DNA from: a bacterium
GTDB taxonomy: Bacteria; CSSED10-310; JAFGSJ01
Assembly: GCA_016934675.1 (NCBI GenBank)
Contig: JAFGSJ010000004.1
Span: forward strand, 12,799 to 76,798
Length of the DNA: 64,000 nucleotides
Direction of reading: 5' to 3'
Position numbers and translations under genes: made by a program. Of the stretch, positions 18,234 through 28,375 are shown piece by piece. A model generated the notes under the pieces. That model saw only the letters and a program-made list of their open reading frames with translations, was not told the origin of the DNA and did not search any database. Numbering within the stretch: position 1 is the stretch's first letter; each line of letters starts with the position of its first letter.

Positions 18234-19433
18234 ATGCATAAGAATATCCCGTTTTCGCCTCCTGATATCTCTCAAACGGAGATCGTAGGCGTTATCGAGG
18301 TGCTGCGGTCAGGATGGATTACCACCGGACCCATAACAAAGCAATTTGAAAAGGAAATCGCCCGCTATTGTGCCACGCCTCGAGCGGTATGCCTGAACTC
18401 CGCCACCAGCGCTATGGAATTGACCCTCCGTATTCTGGGAGTCGGCCCGGGCGATGAAGTCATTACTTCGGCTTATACCTATACTTCCTCGGCCAGCGTG
18501 ATCATCCACTGTGGGGCTACACCTATCCTGGTCGATACCGCTCCCGATTCATTTGAAATGGACTATCAGGCCCTGGATAAAGCAATTTCACCCAGGACCA
18601 AGGCCATCATCCCGGTCGATATTGCCGGAATCATGTGTGATTATGATACGATAATGACCATTGTCCAAAATAAGAAAAAGGCCTTCAAGCCCTCGGATAA
18701 TCGTCTGCAGCAAGCGTTCGGAAGAGTTATCATCCTGGCCGATGCCGCTCATTCATTCGGGGCAACCTCTAAGGGTCGCACCAATGGGACCCTTTCTGAT
18801 TTTACCTGCTTTTCATTCCATGCCGTAAAAAACTTGACCACCGCCGAAGGAGGTGCCGTGGTCTGGCCAGAAATCAACGGGATAGATAATGACTGGCTCT
18901 ATCATGAATATATGTTACTCTCCCTCCATGGACAATCCAAGGACGCTTTCAATAAGAACAGATCAGGTTCTTGGGAATACGATATCATCTATCCCGCCTA
19001 TAAGTGTAATCTGCCCGATATTCTCGCAGCTATCGGTTTGGCACAATTGCATCGCTATCCTCATCTGCTCGAAAAACGAAGAAAGCTGATCGAATCCTAT
19101 AATGAATTCCTCGGGAAACTGCCGGTAATTCTGCTCGATCACTATAATGATCAGAGAACAGGCAGTGGGCATCTCTACCTGATACGTCTAAAAGATAAAA
19201 CCGAAGAACAACGAAATGTGATTCTAACGAAAATGGCTGAACAGAGCGTCAGCTGTAACGTGCATTTCAAACCACTGCCCATGTTTACAGCCTATAAAGC
19301 AATCGGCTTCGACATATGCAACTATCCCAATGCTTATAACCAATATCGAAACGAATTAACACTCCCTTTATACAGCAGCTTATCGACCGATGACATTCAC
19401 TATGTATGTTCATGCCTGGCTCATCTTCTATGA
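18234..19433 (+). CDS. DegT/DnrJ/EryC1/StrS family sugar aminotransferase
   Basis: SGWITTGP, NSATS, GPGDEVI, ADAAHSFG, FSFHAVKNLTTAEGG. Confidence 0.95.
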   Translation: MHKNIPFSPPDISQTEIVGVIEVLRSGWITTGPITKQFEKEIARYCATPRAVCLNSATSAMELTLRILGVGPGDEVITSAYTYTSSASVIIHCGATPILVDTAPDSFEMDYQALDKAISPRTKAIIPVDIAGIMCDYDTIMTIVQNKKKAFKPSDNRLQQAFGRVIILADAAHSFGATSKGRTNGTLSDFTCFSFHAVKNLTTAEGGAVVWPEINGIDNDWLYHEYMLLSLHGQSKDAFNKNRSGSWEYDIIYPAYKCNLPDILAAIGLAQLHRYPHLLEKRRKLIESYNEFLGKLPVILLDHYNDQRTGSGHLYLIRLKDKTEEQRNVILTKMAEQSVSCNVHFKPLPMFTAYKAIGFDICNYPNAYNQYRNELTLPLYSSLSTDDIHYVCSCLAHLL

Positions 19434-19464
19434 CCATGGATTGACCCTGAAAGCCCAATAAACC

Positions 19465-19493
19465 TTGACAATGTTCCCGGGATAGTATAGCTT
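19465..19493 (+). promoter_or_regulatory. Candidate sigma70 promoter for the sugar transferase/GT2 genes
   Basis: TTGACA-N17-TAGCTT in AT-rich intergenic DNA. Confidence 0.4.
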
Positions 19494-19807
19494 AAAATCC
19501 ATAAATGTACCGTGTTATCGCGCCGAAGCGTGCCCTTCAATTTCCTGGCTATGCATAGACGGTTTTCCAGTCAAATTAGTAGGCAATAGGATTATATGAT
19601 AAGATTGGCATGTCGATCTATCATGAAAACGAGCTCGAGCGATATTACCGAAAAGAATTATAGTGTTGTACTCACAAAGCTGATGAGGATTACTTTCAAT
19701 CCTCGTACACAGGATGAGAGTCCATTTAGTGTTGTTCATATTATTGATCTTGTTCAAATGGACTATACATCCCTTTCGGAAAATAGTGTGTAAAAGGAAC
19801 ACGCCTG

Positions 19808-20509
19808 ATGGGAATAATCCCCTGGGAAAGCCTGCCGTTAATCATGAAGAATGATGAGGTTTATCCTTATTATCAACTACTGAAGAATAAACCATATAGC
19901 CTGTTGGGTAAGCGTGTTTTTGATGTAGGCCTGGGGCTTGCTCTGGTCATCATTCTGCTGCCACTTTATTGCCTGATTTCGCTGGCGATTGTACTCGATT
20001 CCCAGGGCCCGGTTTTCTATAGGCAGGAAAGAGTGACGCAATATGGCCGGAAATTTCGCATTTTCAAATTTCGGACCATGGTCCGACATGCCGAATCGAT
20101 CGGGAGCCAGCTTACAACTCAATATGATACCCGCATTACCAGGGTTGGCAGGTTCCTGAGAAGATTCCGCTTGGATGAAATTCCGCAGTTGTTCAATATT
20201 TTCAGCGGTGACATGACCTTTGTGGGTACGAGGCCGGAAGTGGAAAAATATGTCTCCAAGTACACTCCCGAAATGTATGCGACCCTGCTCTTACCGGCAG
20301 GAGTCACTTCAGAAGCCAGTATTCAGTACAAGGACGAGGAGCGTCTTCTCTCACCCGGTTGTAATGTAGACCAGGTGTATATTCAGCAGATACTGCCTGA
20401 AAAGATGAAATATAATTTGGCATCATTACAACAATTTTCGCTTGTGCATGAGCTACGAACTATGGTGCGCACCGTCTTGGCGGTTTTACACGGAGATCGC
20501 ACCGCCTGA
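19808..20509 (+). CDS. Bacterial sugar transferase (polyprenyl phosphoglycosyl transferase)
   Basis: KRVFD, GPVFYRQERV, KFRTM, DTRITRVGRFLRRFRLDEIPQL, GDMTFVGTRPE. Confidence 0.95.
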   Translation: MGIIPWESLPLIMKNDEVYPYYQLLKNKPYSLLGKRVFDVGLGLALVIILLPLYCLISLAIVLDSQGPVFYRQERVTQYGRKFRIFKFRTMVRHAESIGSQLTTQYDTRITRVGRFLRRFRLDEIPQLFNIFSGDMTFVGTRPEVEKYVSKYTPEMYATLLLPAGVTSEASIQYKDEERLLSPGCNVDQVYIQQILPEKMKYNLASLQQFSLVHELRTMVRTVLAVLHGDRTA

Positions 20510-20536
20510 CGGGATTTTCAGACCGGAGGTTAGCCC

Positions 20537-21286
20537 GTGGAAAATCTGGTTTCGATCATCACGCCCAGTTATAATTGTGCCGGTTTCATCGCTGAAACGA
20601 TCGAATCCGTACAAAACCAGACCTATCAAAACTGGGAAATGATCGTTGTCGATGATTGCTCGACAGATGATACGAGAACCATCGTTGAATCCTATCAGGC
20701 ACACGATTCACGTATAAAGTATTACTATCTTGCCCTCAACAGCGGGGCCGCAGTAGCCAGGACCAAGGCGATGGAGCTCGCTTCGGGTAAGTATATCGCC
20801 TTCCTTGACAGCGATGATGTCTGGGTGCCCACCAAATTGGAAAAGCAAATTGCTTTTATGCTGGCCCACCAGTACAATTTTACCTGTACTGCATATGCCC
20901 ACATGGACGAACAGGGAAAGCCTCTCGACAGGATCATCAAGACGAAAAGAAAAACAGATTACAATGGGATTCTACTCAGTTGCCCCGTGGGCAATTCAAC
21001 TGTGATCTATAATGCCGAGAACTTGGGTAAATTCACTGTTCCCAACATAAAGAAAAGAAACGATGACGCACTCTGGCTCCAAATCCTGAAAAAGGAAAAA
21101 TTCATCTATGGTCTGAACCAGGTCCTGACCAGATACAGAATACGCCAGAATTCCATCTCCATCAATAAAATTGATTTATTCAAGTATCATTGGCAACTCT
21201 ATCGAGAAATTGAACATTTATCACTGCCTCGCTCGATTTTCCACATTTGCTTCTGGATATTCTTAAAGGTCTTTCATGTGAAATGA
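20537..21286 (+). CDS. Glycosyltransferase family 2 (TuaG-like)
   Basis: VSIITPSYN, VDDCSTD, YIAFLDSDD, KLEKQ, KRNDDALWL. Confidence 0.93.
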   Translation: MENLVSIITPSYNCAGFIAETIESVQNQTYQNWEMIVVDDCSTDDTRTIVESYQAHDSRIKYYYLALNSGAAVARTKAMELASGKYIAFLDSDDVWVPTKLEKQIAFMLAHQYNFTCTAYAHMDEQGKPLDRIIKTKRKTDYNGILLSCPVGNSTVIYNAENLGKFTVPNIKKRNDDALWLQILKKEKFIYGLNQVLTRYRIRQNSISINKIDLFKYHWQLYREIEHLSLPRSIFHICFWIFLKVFHVK

Positions 21287-21537
21287 TAAAGATCGGACAA
21301 GCATGTGATCCGGGTTAGCGCAGGCATGCTTGTTGGCGAATGTTGGCCGGGGAATGGTGGCAATCGGCCGGACCAGCAGCCCTTTCGGAGAAGTCAAAGC
21401 AACTCTCCATACGACGAAGCATATGTCTATAATACACCACTCATGAGGTTTTCCGCCCCATGGTTGACAGATGCTGCTTGGGGTGATCGGGTTGGCCCAG
21501 AAATTGCTACGATAAGTGCGAGATAAGGAGGTCAATC

Positions 21538-21927
21538 ATGTTCATCGATCGACGGCACAATCGTTCTGACAAGGTATACGAAGCGGTGACCAAGCAACTG
21601 CAAGCGGTAGTCCTGGATGGAAAGCTACAGACGGCCCTCTTGGCTGACAGTGACGGTTTAGTGATCGCTGCTGCCAACAATGATCCGCTCAATGATTCAC
21701 TCGGTGTGATCGGCGGTAGTCTTCTGACCGAGCGGAATGGTGATGGGCATTCGCATGAGACGACCTATATCCTCAAGCGACGTGAAGGCAATTATTCGAT
21801 AGTGTATCACCAGTTCAGTCTACTCGATCAAGACGTTATCTTTCTGGCCCTGGGTTCTGAGCTTGATACGGTCAAGCCACTGGTTTTGCGAGCTGTTACG
21901 GGCACCAAACGCATTCTGGAGAACTGA
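21538..21927 (+). CDS. Roadblock/LC7-like domain protein
   Basis: Strong RBS TAAGGAGG; ALLADSDGLVIAA motif; 129 aa. Confidence 0.65.
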   Translation: MFIDRRHNRSDKVYEAVTKQLQAVVLDGKLQTALLADSDGLVIAAANNDPLNDSLGVIGGSLLTERNGDGHSHETTYILKRREGNYSIVYHQFSLLDQDVIFLALGSELDTVKPLVLRAVTGTKRILEN

Positions 21928-21953
21928 AGTATCCGTGTGGGCCTGGCGGGCAG

Positions 21954-23255
21954 TTATTCTGAGCCGAGGCCGGTGGAATCTTGGTGACGAGCCCTTTTCC
22001 TTTTACGGGCGGCGACTTCAGGTGCTTCGATGATGCAGGTGACCAGAATTTTAACTGCCATCCAGAGTAATTGACCGGTTTTGCGGATGAGTCCGGGTGG
22101 CTCATGGCCGACATCCGGCCAGCCTTTTTCGTCCGGTTGGACGTTCTCCCAGTTATGAAAGAGGCGTCCCCATTTACTTTTCAGTGCTTCCTGCACACGT
22201 TCATTACCGATATGGGGGTACCAGAACATATCGTGATAGAGCACACTGGCGATATATGACCAGGGCGCCAACCAGGTTTTGAGTGACCATTCGACCAATT
22301 TTTTCAGGTTTCCCCAATAGATCCGGTGCTGCATCCTGGCGGCGAAAGTCAGGTCTTTGAACGGGCCGACGAAATGCCAGTTTTCATGGGCCAGGTCCTC
22401 ATCACCCACGATTTCGATTTCCGAGGGATCGCCGCAGCCGAGTCCTCGTTCATGGGCCAGCCGCACATATTTCAGGTCATTCAACGGGTCGAAGCCCATC
22501 ATCTTGGCTGCCACGGCATCGATCGCCACCTGATCGGCCGAGGCCAGAATGACGTTTTTGCCGTACGGTGACATGCAGCGTGGGCCCGGACCATCTCCCG
22601 CAAAAGTCCCATCCATGACGGCAAAGACACCGCGATGGATTTTTTTCTGGATCATCAATAGATCGACCAGCGTTTCGTGAATAACCGGGTGGGTCCAATG
22701 CCGCCATTCGTTGAGCAGGCCACCGAGAGCATTTTTCATAGCCCCGGTCGTGGTGGTAAAAACATGCGTTTTCACTGTGGGTAGATGGATGATATTCTCA
22801 CCGATAAAGCGTTTGGGGATGGAAAAACCGTCCGGATAAACCTCATTTAAACACAAGAACTGATCGACCAGGTCGCCGACCGCGTCCCTGATCGAAATCC
22901 ATTCATCCCCTTCATACAGATGAATATTGCGCAGTCCATGGGCCTCGATAACGTGGATTTGTTTATTCTCACGTTCACCCAAATGAGCATCGATGACGAC
23001 GGTCCGATTATGGCAGCCATGGACCAAGTCCTTTTGATAGCCGTCCTTGAGCAGGGTCCGGATGACCCCTTCGAGTTGCCAGGGCACCGTCGAGCTGCCC
23101 GGATAAAAAAAATGCCAGCTGATATTGATCTTCAGGGCCGTATCAGCATCCTTGGCCAGCACCTTCTGATAATCGGCCAGGTTCATTAAACGATAATAAT
23201 CTTCCAATACGGTTTCGGGCGTTGTCCTGAGCACTGCTACTTTTGATCGGACCAT
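21954..23255 (-). CDS. DUF362 domain-containing protein
   Basis: ALKINISW, LPTVKTH...TGAMKN, MDG...GDGPGP, DQVAIDAVAAKMMGFDP; start moved to MVRSKV. Confidence 0.85.
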   Translation of the reverse strand: MVRSKVAVLRTTPETVLEDYYRLMNLADYQKVLAKDADTALKINISWHFFYPGSSTVPWQLEGVIRTLLKDGYQKDLVHGCHNRTVVIDAHLGERENKQIHVIEAHGLRNIHLYEGDEWISIRDAVGDLVDQFLCLNEVYPDGFSIPKRFIGENIIHLPTVKTHVFTTTTGAMKNALGGLLNEWRHWTHPVIHETLVDLLMIQKKIHRGVFAVMDGTFAGDGPGPRCMSPYGKNVILASADQVAIDAVAAKMMGFDPLNDLKYVRLAHERGLGCGDPSEIEIVGDEDLAHENWHFVGPFKDLTFAARMQHRIYWGNLKKLVEWSLKTWLAPWSYIASVLYHDMFWYPHIGNERVQEALKSKWGRLFHNWENVQPDEKGWPDVGHEPPGLIRKTGQLLWMAVKILVTCIIEAPEVAARKRKRARHQDSTGLGSE

Positions 23256-23345
23256 CTGCTCTTCCTCATGCTTTCTTTCAGTAATAAAAACCCCGGAAAG
23301 GGGTAAAGCATTTCCGGGGTTTATCTTCACACAATGTGAATTGTC

Positions 23346-23939
23346 TTAGAGCAGAACAGCGACACCGGCATAGAGTTCGAACTTGGTCGAATCGGCATCA
23401 CCGTCATTTTTATAGCCACCTTCCTTATATTCATAATCACCCATGCCCAGAGTCAATCGTAATCCACCGTCTAAGGCAAAGTGATCGTTCAGGAAATACT
23501 TGGCTCCGCCCTGCAGACCGAACATGAAACCAGTTATGGTCTCCTCATAACCATCATCAGTCTTTTCGTTACCGAATCCGAGAAAACCGCCGGCATAGGG
23601 AAACAATTCCGAGCTCAAATCGAAATAATAGTTGGCCCCAGCGCCCAGTCCAAAATACGTTGTGGTAACATCTTCACCATTTTCGGTCGAGGTCGAATCA
23701 AAATCGAACAAAACAAAGGCTTCGAGATTATCGATCACAACATAGCCACCGTGAACATTCAAACCAAATGTGGTTATCGTTTGATCTGTATCTTCAAATT
23801 CCCGTTTATCACTGCTGAAATTGAAATTGGAATCGCCGGAAATAATGATCGTGCCTGGTGATAACTGGACAGCCATTGCTTGCGGAACAATCAATAGAGC
23901 ACACACAGCGACAAAAAGAATCATCTTTTCGAGTTTCAT
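23346..23939 (-). CDS. Small outer-membrane beta-barrel protein (OmpA-TM/OMP_b-brl-like)
   Basis: Signal peptide, alternating strands (GAGANYYF, GGAKYFLND, ELYAGVAVLL), RBS GAAGGGAG. Confidence 0.85.
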   Translation of the reverse strand: MKLEKMILFVAVCALLIVPQAMAVQLSPGTIIISGDSNFNFSSDKREFEDTDQTITTFGLNVHGGYVVIDNLEAFVLFDFDSTSTENGEDVTTTYFGLGAGANYYFDLSSELFPYAGGFLGFGNEKTDDGYEETITGFMFGLQGGAKYFLNDHFALDGGLRLTLGMGDYEYKEGGYKNDGDADSTKFELYAGVAVLL

Positions 23940-24145
23940 GATTAACTCCCTTCTTTGTTCATTAGGTTCAACTTCTTCAAATACTATTACTATTGCTCGT
24001 GCGGGTTTGTGACCTTCACGCTATTGCTACCCCTCCTTTTCACCTCCTTCCACATACGTTTCATACGTTTGGTCTTATGAGAATTCGGAATTGTTTCTTC
24101 AGTCTAATATGATAGATTTTCTCCTTAAAATTTCAAGTTTATATT

Positions 24146-24679
24146 TCATTCATTCGATTGATCAGGACCGGCAAAATGAGGAATGGGTTGACCGATATCG
24201 ATGTGGTCGACACTGGTCAGTTTCCAGGAAGTTCCTTCTTGACGCAGTGCCAGTTGCATCGTCCCAAATGTGGTTGGACCGCCGACCAGAAAATACCTCT
24301 GGTTGTGATAGGCCGACAGATCGATACCCTGCTGGACGTGTTGATCAGGCACAAAGGTAGCTACCACTTTGAATTCAAGGCTTAGTGTCCCGATTGTATT
24401 GCTGTTGATCGTGGTTTCGACATGCTGGGTAATGATTTTAATGTCGCTAAACTGGGTGCATAGACGGCGCAGCATCTCGGCAATATTGGGTTTGGTCAGG
24501 CCGGACCGATCGATATACTCGTCTGAAATCAGAGCCATGAAAGCATCGGTATCCTTTGCTTGAACAGCCTGAATAGCCCGGTCCAGGAATTTTTCGAGCG
24601 GGTCTTTTTTCAGGACCTGATAGAGAAAAAGCAGAAGGGTCACGATCAAACCAAGTGCGATGTAGGCTTTTTGTGACAT
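24146..24679 (-). CDS. Membrane-anchored hypothetical protein, possibly NTF2-like fold
   Basis: N-terminal TM helix; AVQAKDTDAFMALISDEY and terminal EGTSWKLTSV patterns. Confidence 0.6.
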   Translation of the reverse strand: MSQKAYIALGLIVTLLLFLYQVLKKDPLEKFLDRAIQAVQAKDTDAFMALISDEYIDRSGLTKPNIAEMLRRLCTQFSDIKIITQHVETTINSNTIGTLSLEFKVVATFVPDQHVQQGIDLSAYHNQRYFLVGGPTTFGTMQLALRQEGTSWKLTSVDHIDIGQPIPHFAGPDQSNE

Positions 24680-24791
24680 CGAACTCTCCAGGTGCTAGAC
24701 GATCAATGAGAAGACGCTGTTCCCAAGTGATGTCTCACCTATTATAATGGAAGAACAGTTAAAAGTAAACCCAGTTTTGGGGAACTCTCAA

Positions 24792-25784
24792 TTATGGAGT
24801 ACTCGTGAGCCATTGCGCTAATTTAGTCATGCCCTGGTCAATGCTGGTCCGGGGTTGATACCCGAGATATTCTTTGGCGGCAGAGAGGTCGAACCAGTGT
24901 GGGCAGGAGAGCTGATAGGCGAGGAAGCGGGTCATAGGCGGTTCATTTTTCAGCTTGAGCAGACGGTAGACCAATTCACAACAAGCTCCGATTAAGGCAG
25001 CTTTTTTAACCGAGATATGCTGGGTGACAGACGGCAGGCCGGCTGCCTGGACGATGCGATTGATCATTTCCTTGACGGACATGGGCTGGTCCTGTGAAAT
25101 GAAAAAGGTCCTCCCGGCTATGTTTGAGCCGGGCCATAAGCGGTCGAGGGCAAGTAGATGCGCCTCGGCGGCGTTATCGACATAGGTCGTATCGACCAGA
25201 TTATCGCCCCGGCCCACGATGCGTAAACGCCCGGAACGTGCCCGGTCCACTATGCGGACCACCAGGTTATTGTCCTCCGGTCCCCAGATCAGGTGTGGTC
25301 GCAAGGCGCAGGTCGCCAGATGTCGATCATTGGCTTGAAGTACGAGTCGTTCTGCTTCGGCCTTGGTTTGCGAATAAAACGAATCATATTCGACAGGATA
25401 CGGTGCGTTTTCATCGATACCCTCACAACCGCGACGACCGTAGGCTACACTCGGGGAACTGGTATAGATAAAACGTGGCACACTCAGTATGCGGCAGGCT
25501 TCGAGCAGGTTTTTAGTCCCTATGACATTGGTCGTATAAAATTCCTGATAGGGTCCCCACATGACCACTCGAGCAGCCGTATGGATGACCGCATCCATTC
25601 CGGACACGGCCAGTCGCACGGGTGCAATCTGACGGATATCTCCTCGAATGAGGTTGACTCCCAGGGTCCGCAATTGAGGATAATCTCCCCGACTGAATAC
25701 CGTGACCCGTTCACCCCGGTCAAGCAGTTGTCTGACGATGACTTGGCCGAGAAAGCCACCGCCACCTGTTACCAGAATATTCAT
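24792..25784 (-). CDS. oleD: 2-alkyl-3-oxoalkanoate reductase OleD (extended SDR)
   Basis: TGGGGFLG, HTAA, TSSPSV, YSQTKAEAE, LRPHLIWGP; ATGA overlap with oleC stop; operon position. Confidence 0.9.
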   Translation of the reverse strand: MNILVTGGGGFLGQVIVRQLLDRGERVTVFSRGDYPQLRTLGVNLIRGDIRQIAPVRLAVSGMDAVIHTAARVVMWGPYQEFYTTNVIGTKNLLEACRILSVPRFIYTSSPSVAYGRRGCEGIDENAPYPVEYDSFYSQTKAEAERLVLQANDRHLATCALRPHLIWGPEDNNLVVRIVDRARSGRLRIVGRGDNLVDTTYVDNAAEAHLLALDRLWPGSNIAGRTFFISQDQPMSVKEMINRIVQAAGLPSVTQHISVKKAALIGACCELVYRLLKLKNEPPMTRFLAYQLSCPHWFDLSAAKEYLGYQPRTSIDQGMTKLAQWLTSTP

Positions 25785-27442
25785 GAGAGTTTCTCCTGCG
25801 CCCAAATCGCCAGTTCCTCACGGCGGATTTTGGCATTATGTCGTATATCGACCGGAAATTTTGGATGAAGCAAAAACAATTCGATCGAACGAGTGTGATG
25901 ATAACGGGCCCCGAGTGAGCGCAATTCAGTCACGGTGTCGTTCCAGTCGAATTTTTTTCGGTCCGGATCGGGTTCGATACAGATAACCGGATGGACTCGC
26001 CCGGCCAGGCTGACGGCAACCAGTGCACTTCGGAACACGGCCGGGTGCGTATTAAAGACCGCTTCGCACGGAATGGTGAACAAAAGCTGGTCCGAAGTTT
26101 GGACCCGATGACTTTTGCGACCGCAAAACCATAATCTGCCCGCGTTGTCGAGATAACCCAGGTCGCCCATGCGGTGATAGCATCGTCCTTCGGCGTCATA
26201 CATTTTTGCTCTGCGTGTGGCTTCCGGACGTTGAATATAACTCCGGGTGACCACCGGGCCCCTGACTACGATTTCGCCGATTTCTCGCTCGGGCAGAACC
26301 AGTTCGGGTTTGAAATCAGGCAACGCATCATCAGAAATCCGGATGATGCTGACCTGGAGACCGGGCAGCGGTTTGCCCACACAAATGCCTTGACCCTGGT
26401 CGGTCTTGTCTCGCGAAGCCAGGATTTCCCGACTGCCGATCAGGGTCACCGGCATGCATTCAGTAGCCCCGTAGGGCGTATAAACCTCGACACCCTCGGA
26501 CAACATCATGCTAACCTGCTCGAGCACATCCGGTTGGGCCGGGGCGCCGGCGGACACAATTCGTTTGAGTGTGGGCAGTTGTGTGCCACTGGACCGGCTC
26601 TCCCGGGCCAGAACATTGAGCAGGGCCGGCGAACAAAACATGGTTGTGGCATCAAAGTCCTTGATGGCTTGATAAATCTTGGCCGGACAAGCCTTGGCCG
26701 GAAAACGGGCATCCATATCCGGAAAAACCGCGGTCACGCCAAAAGCCGGATCGAACAAAGCAAAAGGCGGAAAAGTCGGCACATCGACTTCACCAGGCTC
26801 ATACTTGAACATTGCCTGGATCATGAGAATCTGATGTATGAAATTGCCGTGCGTAAAAGCCACTCCTTTGGGCACGCCTGTGCTTCCGCTTGTAAATATA
26901 ATCGCCGCCGTTTCATCCGGCTCCGGCTGGTGCATTGGAAACGGTCCGCGATCGAGACCTAACCTGCGGACCCGGTCCAGTGTGAAACCGCCCGGAATCC
27001 AGCCCGGGCCAACCGTGACCGTTAGTCTGATCGACTGTCGTGCCCAACCGAACAGGAATTGGGCGAATCGGGCCAGAGGGAGGCCGATGAAACCACGGGG
27101 TGAAGCCTCCCCCAAACAGGTCTTTACGGGACCGGAACCGATCCCCGGGTCAATCAGGACCGGCACAATACCTGCTTTCAGCAGGGCAAACATGATTGTA
27201 ACAAAATGCAGGCCCGGTTTGACCATCAGAGCACAACGGTCACCCTTCTCGAAACCGAGGCAAACCAAACCATGAGCCAGGACATCTGTTTCGTCCTGCA
27301 ACTGGGCGTTGGTCAGGTGACGATACAGGTAATGCCCCTCCCGATCCAACCCGCTCGGTTCAACCACTGCTTTTGCATCCGGTCGCGTCCGGGCTATCTC
27401 TGCCAGGAATCCGGCAGCATTTCCTTTATCGAACTCGACCAT
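25781..27442 (-). CDS. oleC: Olefin beta-lactone synthetase OleC (AMP-forming ligase)
   Basis: LIDPG, FTSGSTGVPKG, TFPPFALF, TPYGATE, HRMGDLGY, WFCGRKSHRV, FPVDIRHNAKI; start moved to MVEFDK. Confidence 0.93.
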   Translation of the reverse strand: MVEFDKGNAAGFLAEIARTRPDAKAVVEPSGLDREGHYLYRHLTNAQLQDETDVLAHGLVCLGFEKGDRCALMVKPGLHFVTIMFALLKAGIVPVLIDPGIGSGPVKTCLGEASPRGFIGLPLARFAQFLFGWARQSIRLTVTVGPGWIPGGFTLDRVRRLGLDRGPFPMHQPEPDETAAIIFTSGSTGVPKGVAFTHGNFIHQILMIQAMFKYEPGEVDVPTFPPFALFDPAFGVTAVFPDMDARFPAKACPAKIYQAIKDFDATTMFCSPALLNVLARESRSSGTQLPTLKRIVSAGAPAQPDVLEQVSMMLSEGVEVYTPYGATECMPVTLIGSREILASRDKTDQGQGICVGKPLPGLQVSIIRISDDALPDFKPELVLPEREIGEIVVRGPVVTRSYIQRPEATRRAKMYDAEGRCYHRMGDLGYLDNAGRLWFCGRKSHRVQTSDQLLFTIPCEAVFNTHPAVFRSALVAVSLAGRVHPVICIEPDPDRKKFDWNDTVTELRSLGARYHHTRSIELFLLHPKFPVDIRHNAKIRREELAIWAQEKLS

Positions 27443-28370
27443 GACTGTTGACCTCAACGGGATAACGGTCGAAAAAAGCCTGTATGAGGGGGGCAATTTC
27501 CTCGAGCGCGTCCTCGACGATGTAATGCCCACCGTTTGGCCATTGATGAACTTCGGCTTCGGGCAGATAGCGTCGCCACTGTTCGAGAAAATCACGATCA
27601 AAGACAAAATCCCGCTCGCCCCAACAGATCAGGGTTGGCACCGAACGAAAGCGGTCCAGTCGTGACGCAACGCCCTGCACGATCGCATAAGCCCGATCGC
27701 CAGGCCGTAACGGTATGTCCTGGACAAAGCGAAGCGTAGCCAGACGCCGATCCGGAGCCTGATATGGGGCACAGTATAGCTGCCGTAGGTTCGGTGACAG
27801 CTTTTTACGTCGACAACAGACCCGGGCCGCTATCCGACTGAATGCATTCAAACGCAGAACAAGGAACTCACCCAGCCAGGTCCTGGTCAAACCGAGCTGC
27901 CAGGGCAATATTTTACCGACCGGCAGCGGAAAGGCAGCGGTATTGAAAATGACCAAACGCTTGATCATTGCCGGGTGTCGATCGGCGAAACCCATTCCGA
28001 TCATACCACCCCAATCATGGAGCAGGAGAGTGAGTTCATTCTCCAGGCCGAGATGTGCCACCAGTGCCTCGAGATCGTCGATCCGCTGCTTTAAAGTATA
28101 GTCATAATGATCGTCGTCGGGAACATCGGACAACCCGCAACCCATATGGTCAGGAACTATACAACGATAGGCACCGCGGAAGGCTTGCACCAAGCCGCGA
28201 TAATAGAACGACCAGGTCGGATTGCCATGGACCATGAGCAGAGGTTCGCCCGGTCCTTCATCCAGATAGTGCATCCGGGTACCGTCTGGCCCAAAAAAAT
28301 GCGACTGAAAGGGATATTCACGGGCAAACAGTTCTTCCAAAGCCGGTTTGGCTAATTTGAGCCGTTCCAT
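27426..28370 (-). CDS. oleB: Beta-lactone decarboxylase OleB (haloalkane-dehalogenase-like alpha/beta hydrolase)
   Basis: HGNPTWSFYYR, HDWGGMIG, NTAAF, FVQDIPL, WGERDFVF, GHYIVED; between oleA and oleC. Confidence 0.92.
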   Translation of the reverse strand: MERLKLAKPALEELFAREYPFQSHFFGPDGTRMHYLDEGPGEPLLMVHGNPTWSFYYRGLVQAFRGAYRCIVPDHMGCGLSDVPDDDHYDYTLKQRIDDLEALVAHLGLENELTLLLHDWGGMIGMGFADRHPAMIKRLVIFNTAAFPLPVGKILPWQLGLTRTWLGEFLVLRLNAFSRIAARVCCRRKKLSPNLRQLYCAPYQAPDRRLATLRFVQDIPLRPGDRAYAIVQGVASRLDRFRSVPTLICWGERDFVFDRDFLEQWRRYLPEAEVHQWPNGGHYIVEDALEEIAPLIQAFFDRYPVEVNSHGRVR

Positions 28371-28375
28371 TACCT

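Noticed and set aside
19596-19793. 65-aa ORF before the sugar transferase
   Set aside because: No recognisable motif; AT-rich and consistent with a leader or promoter region
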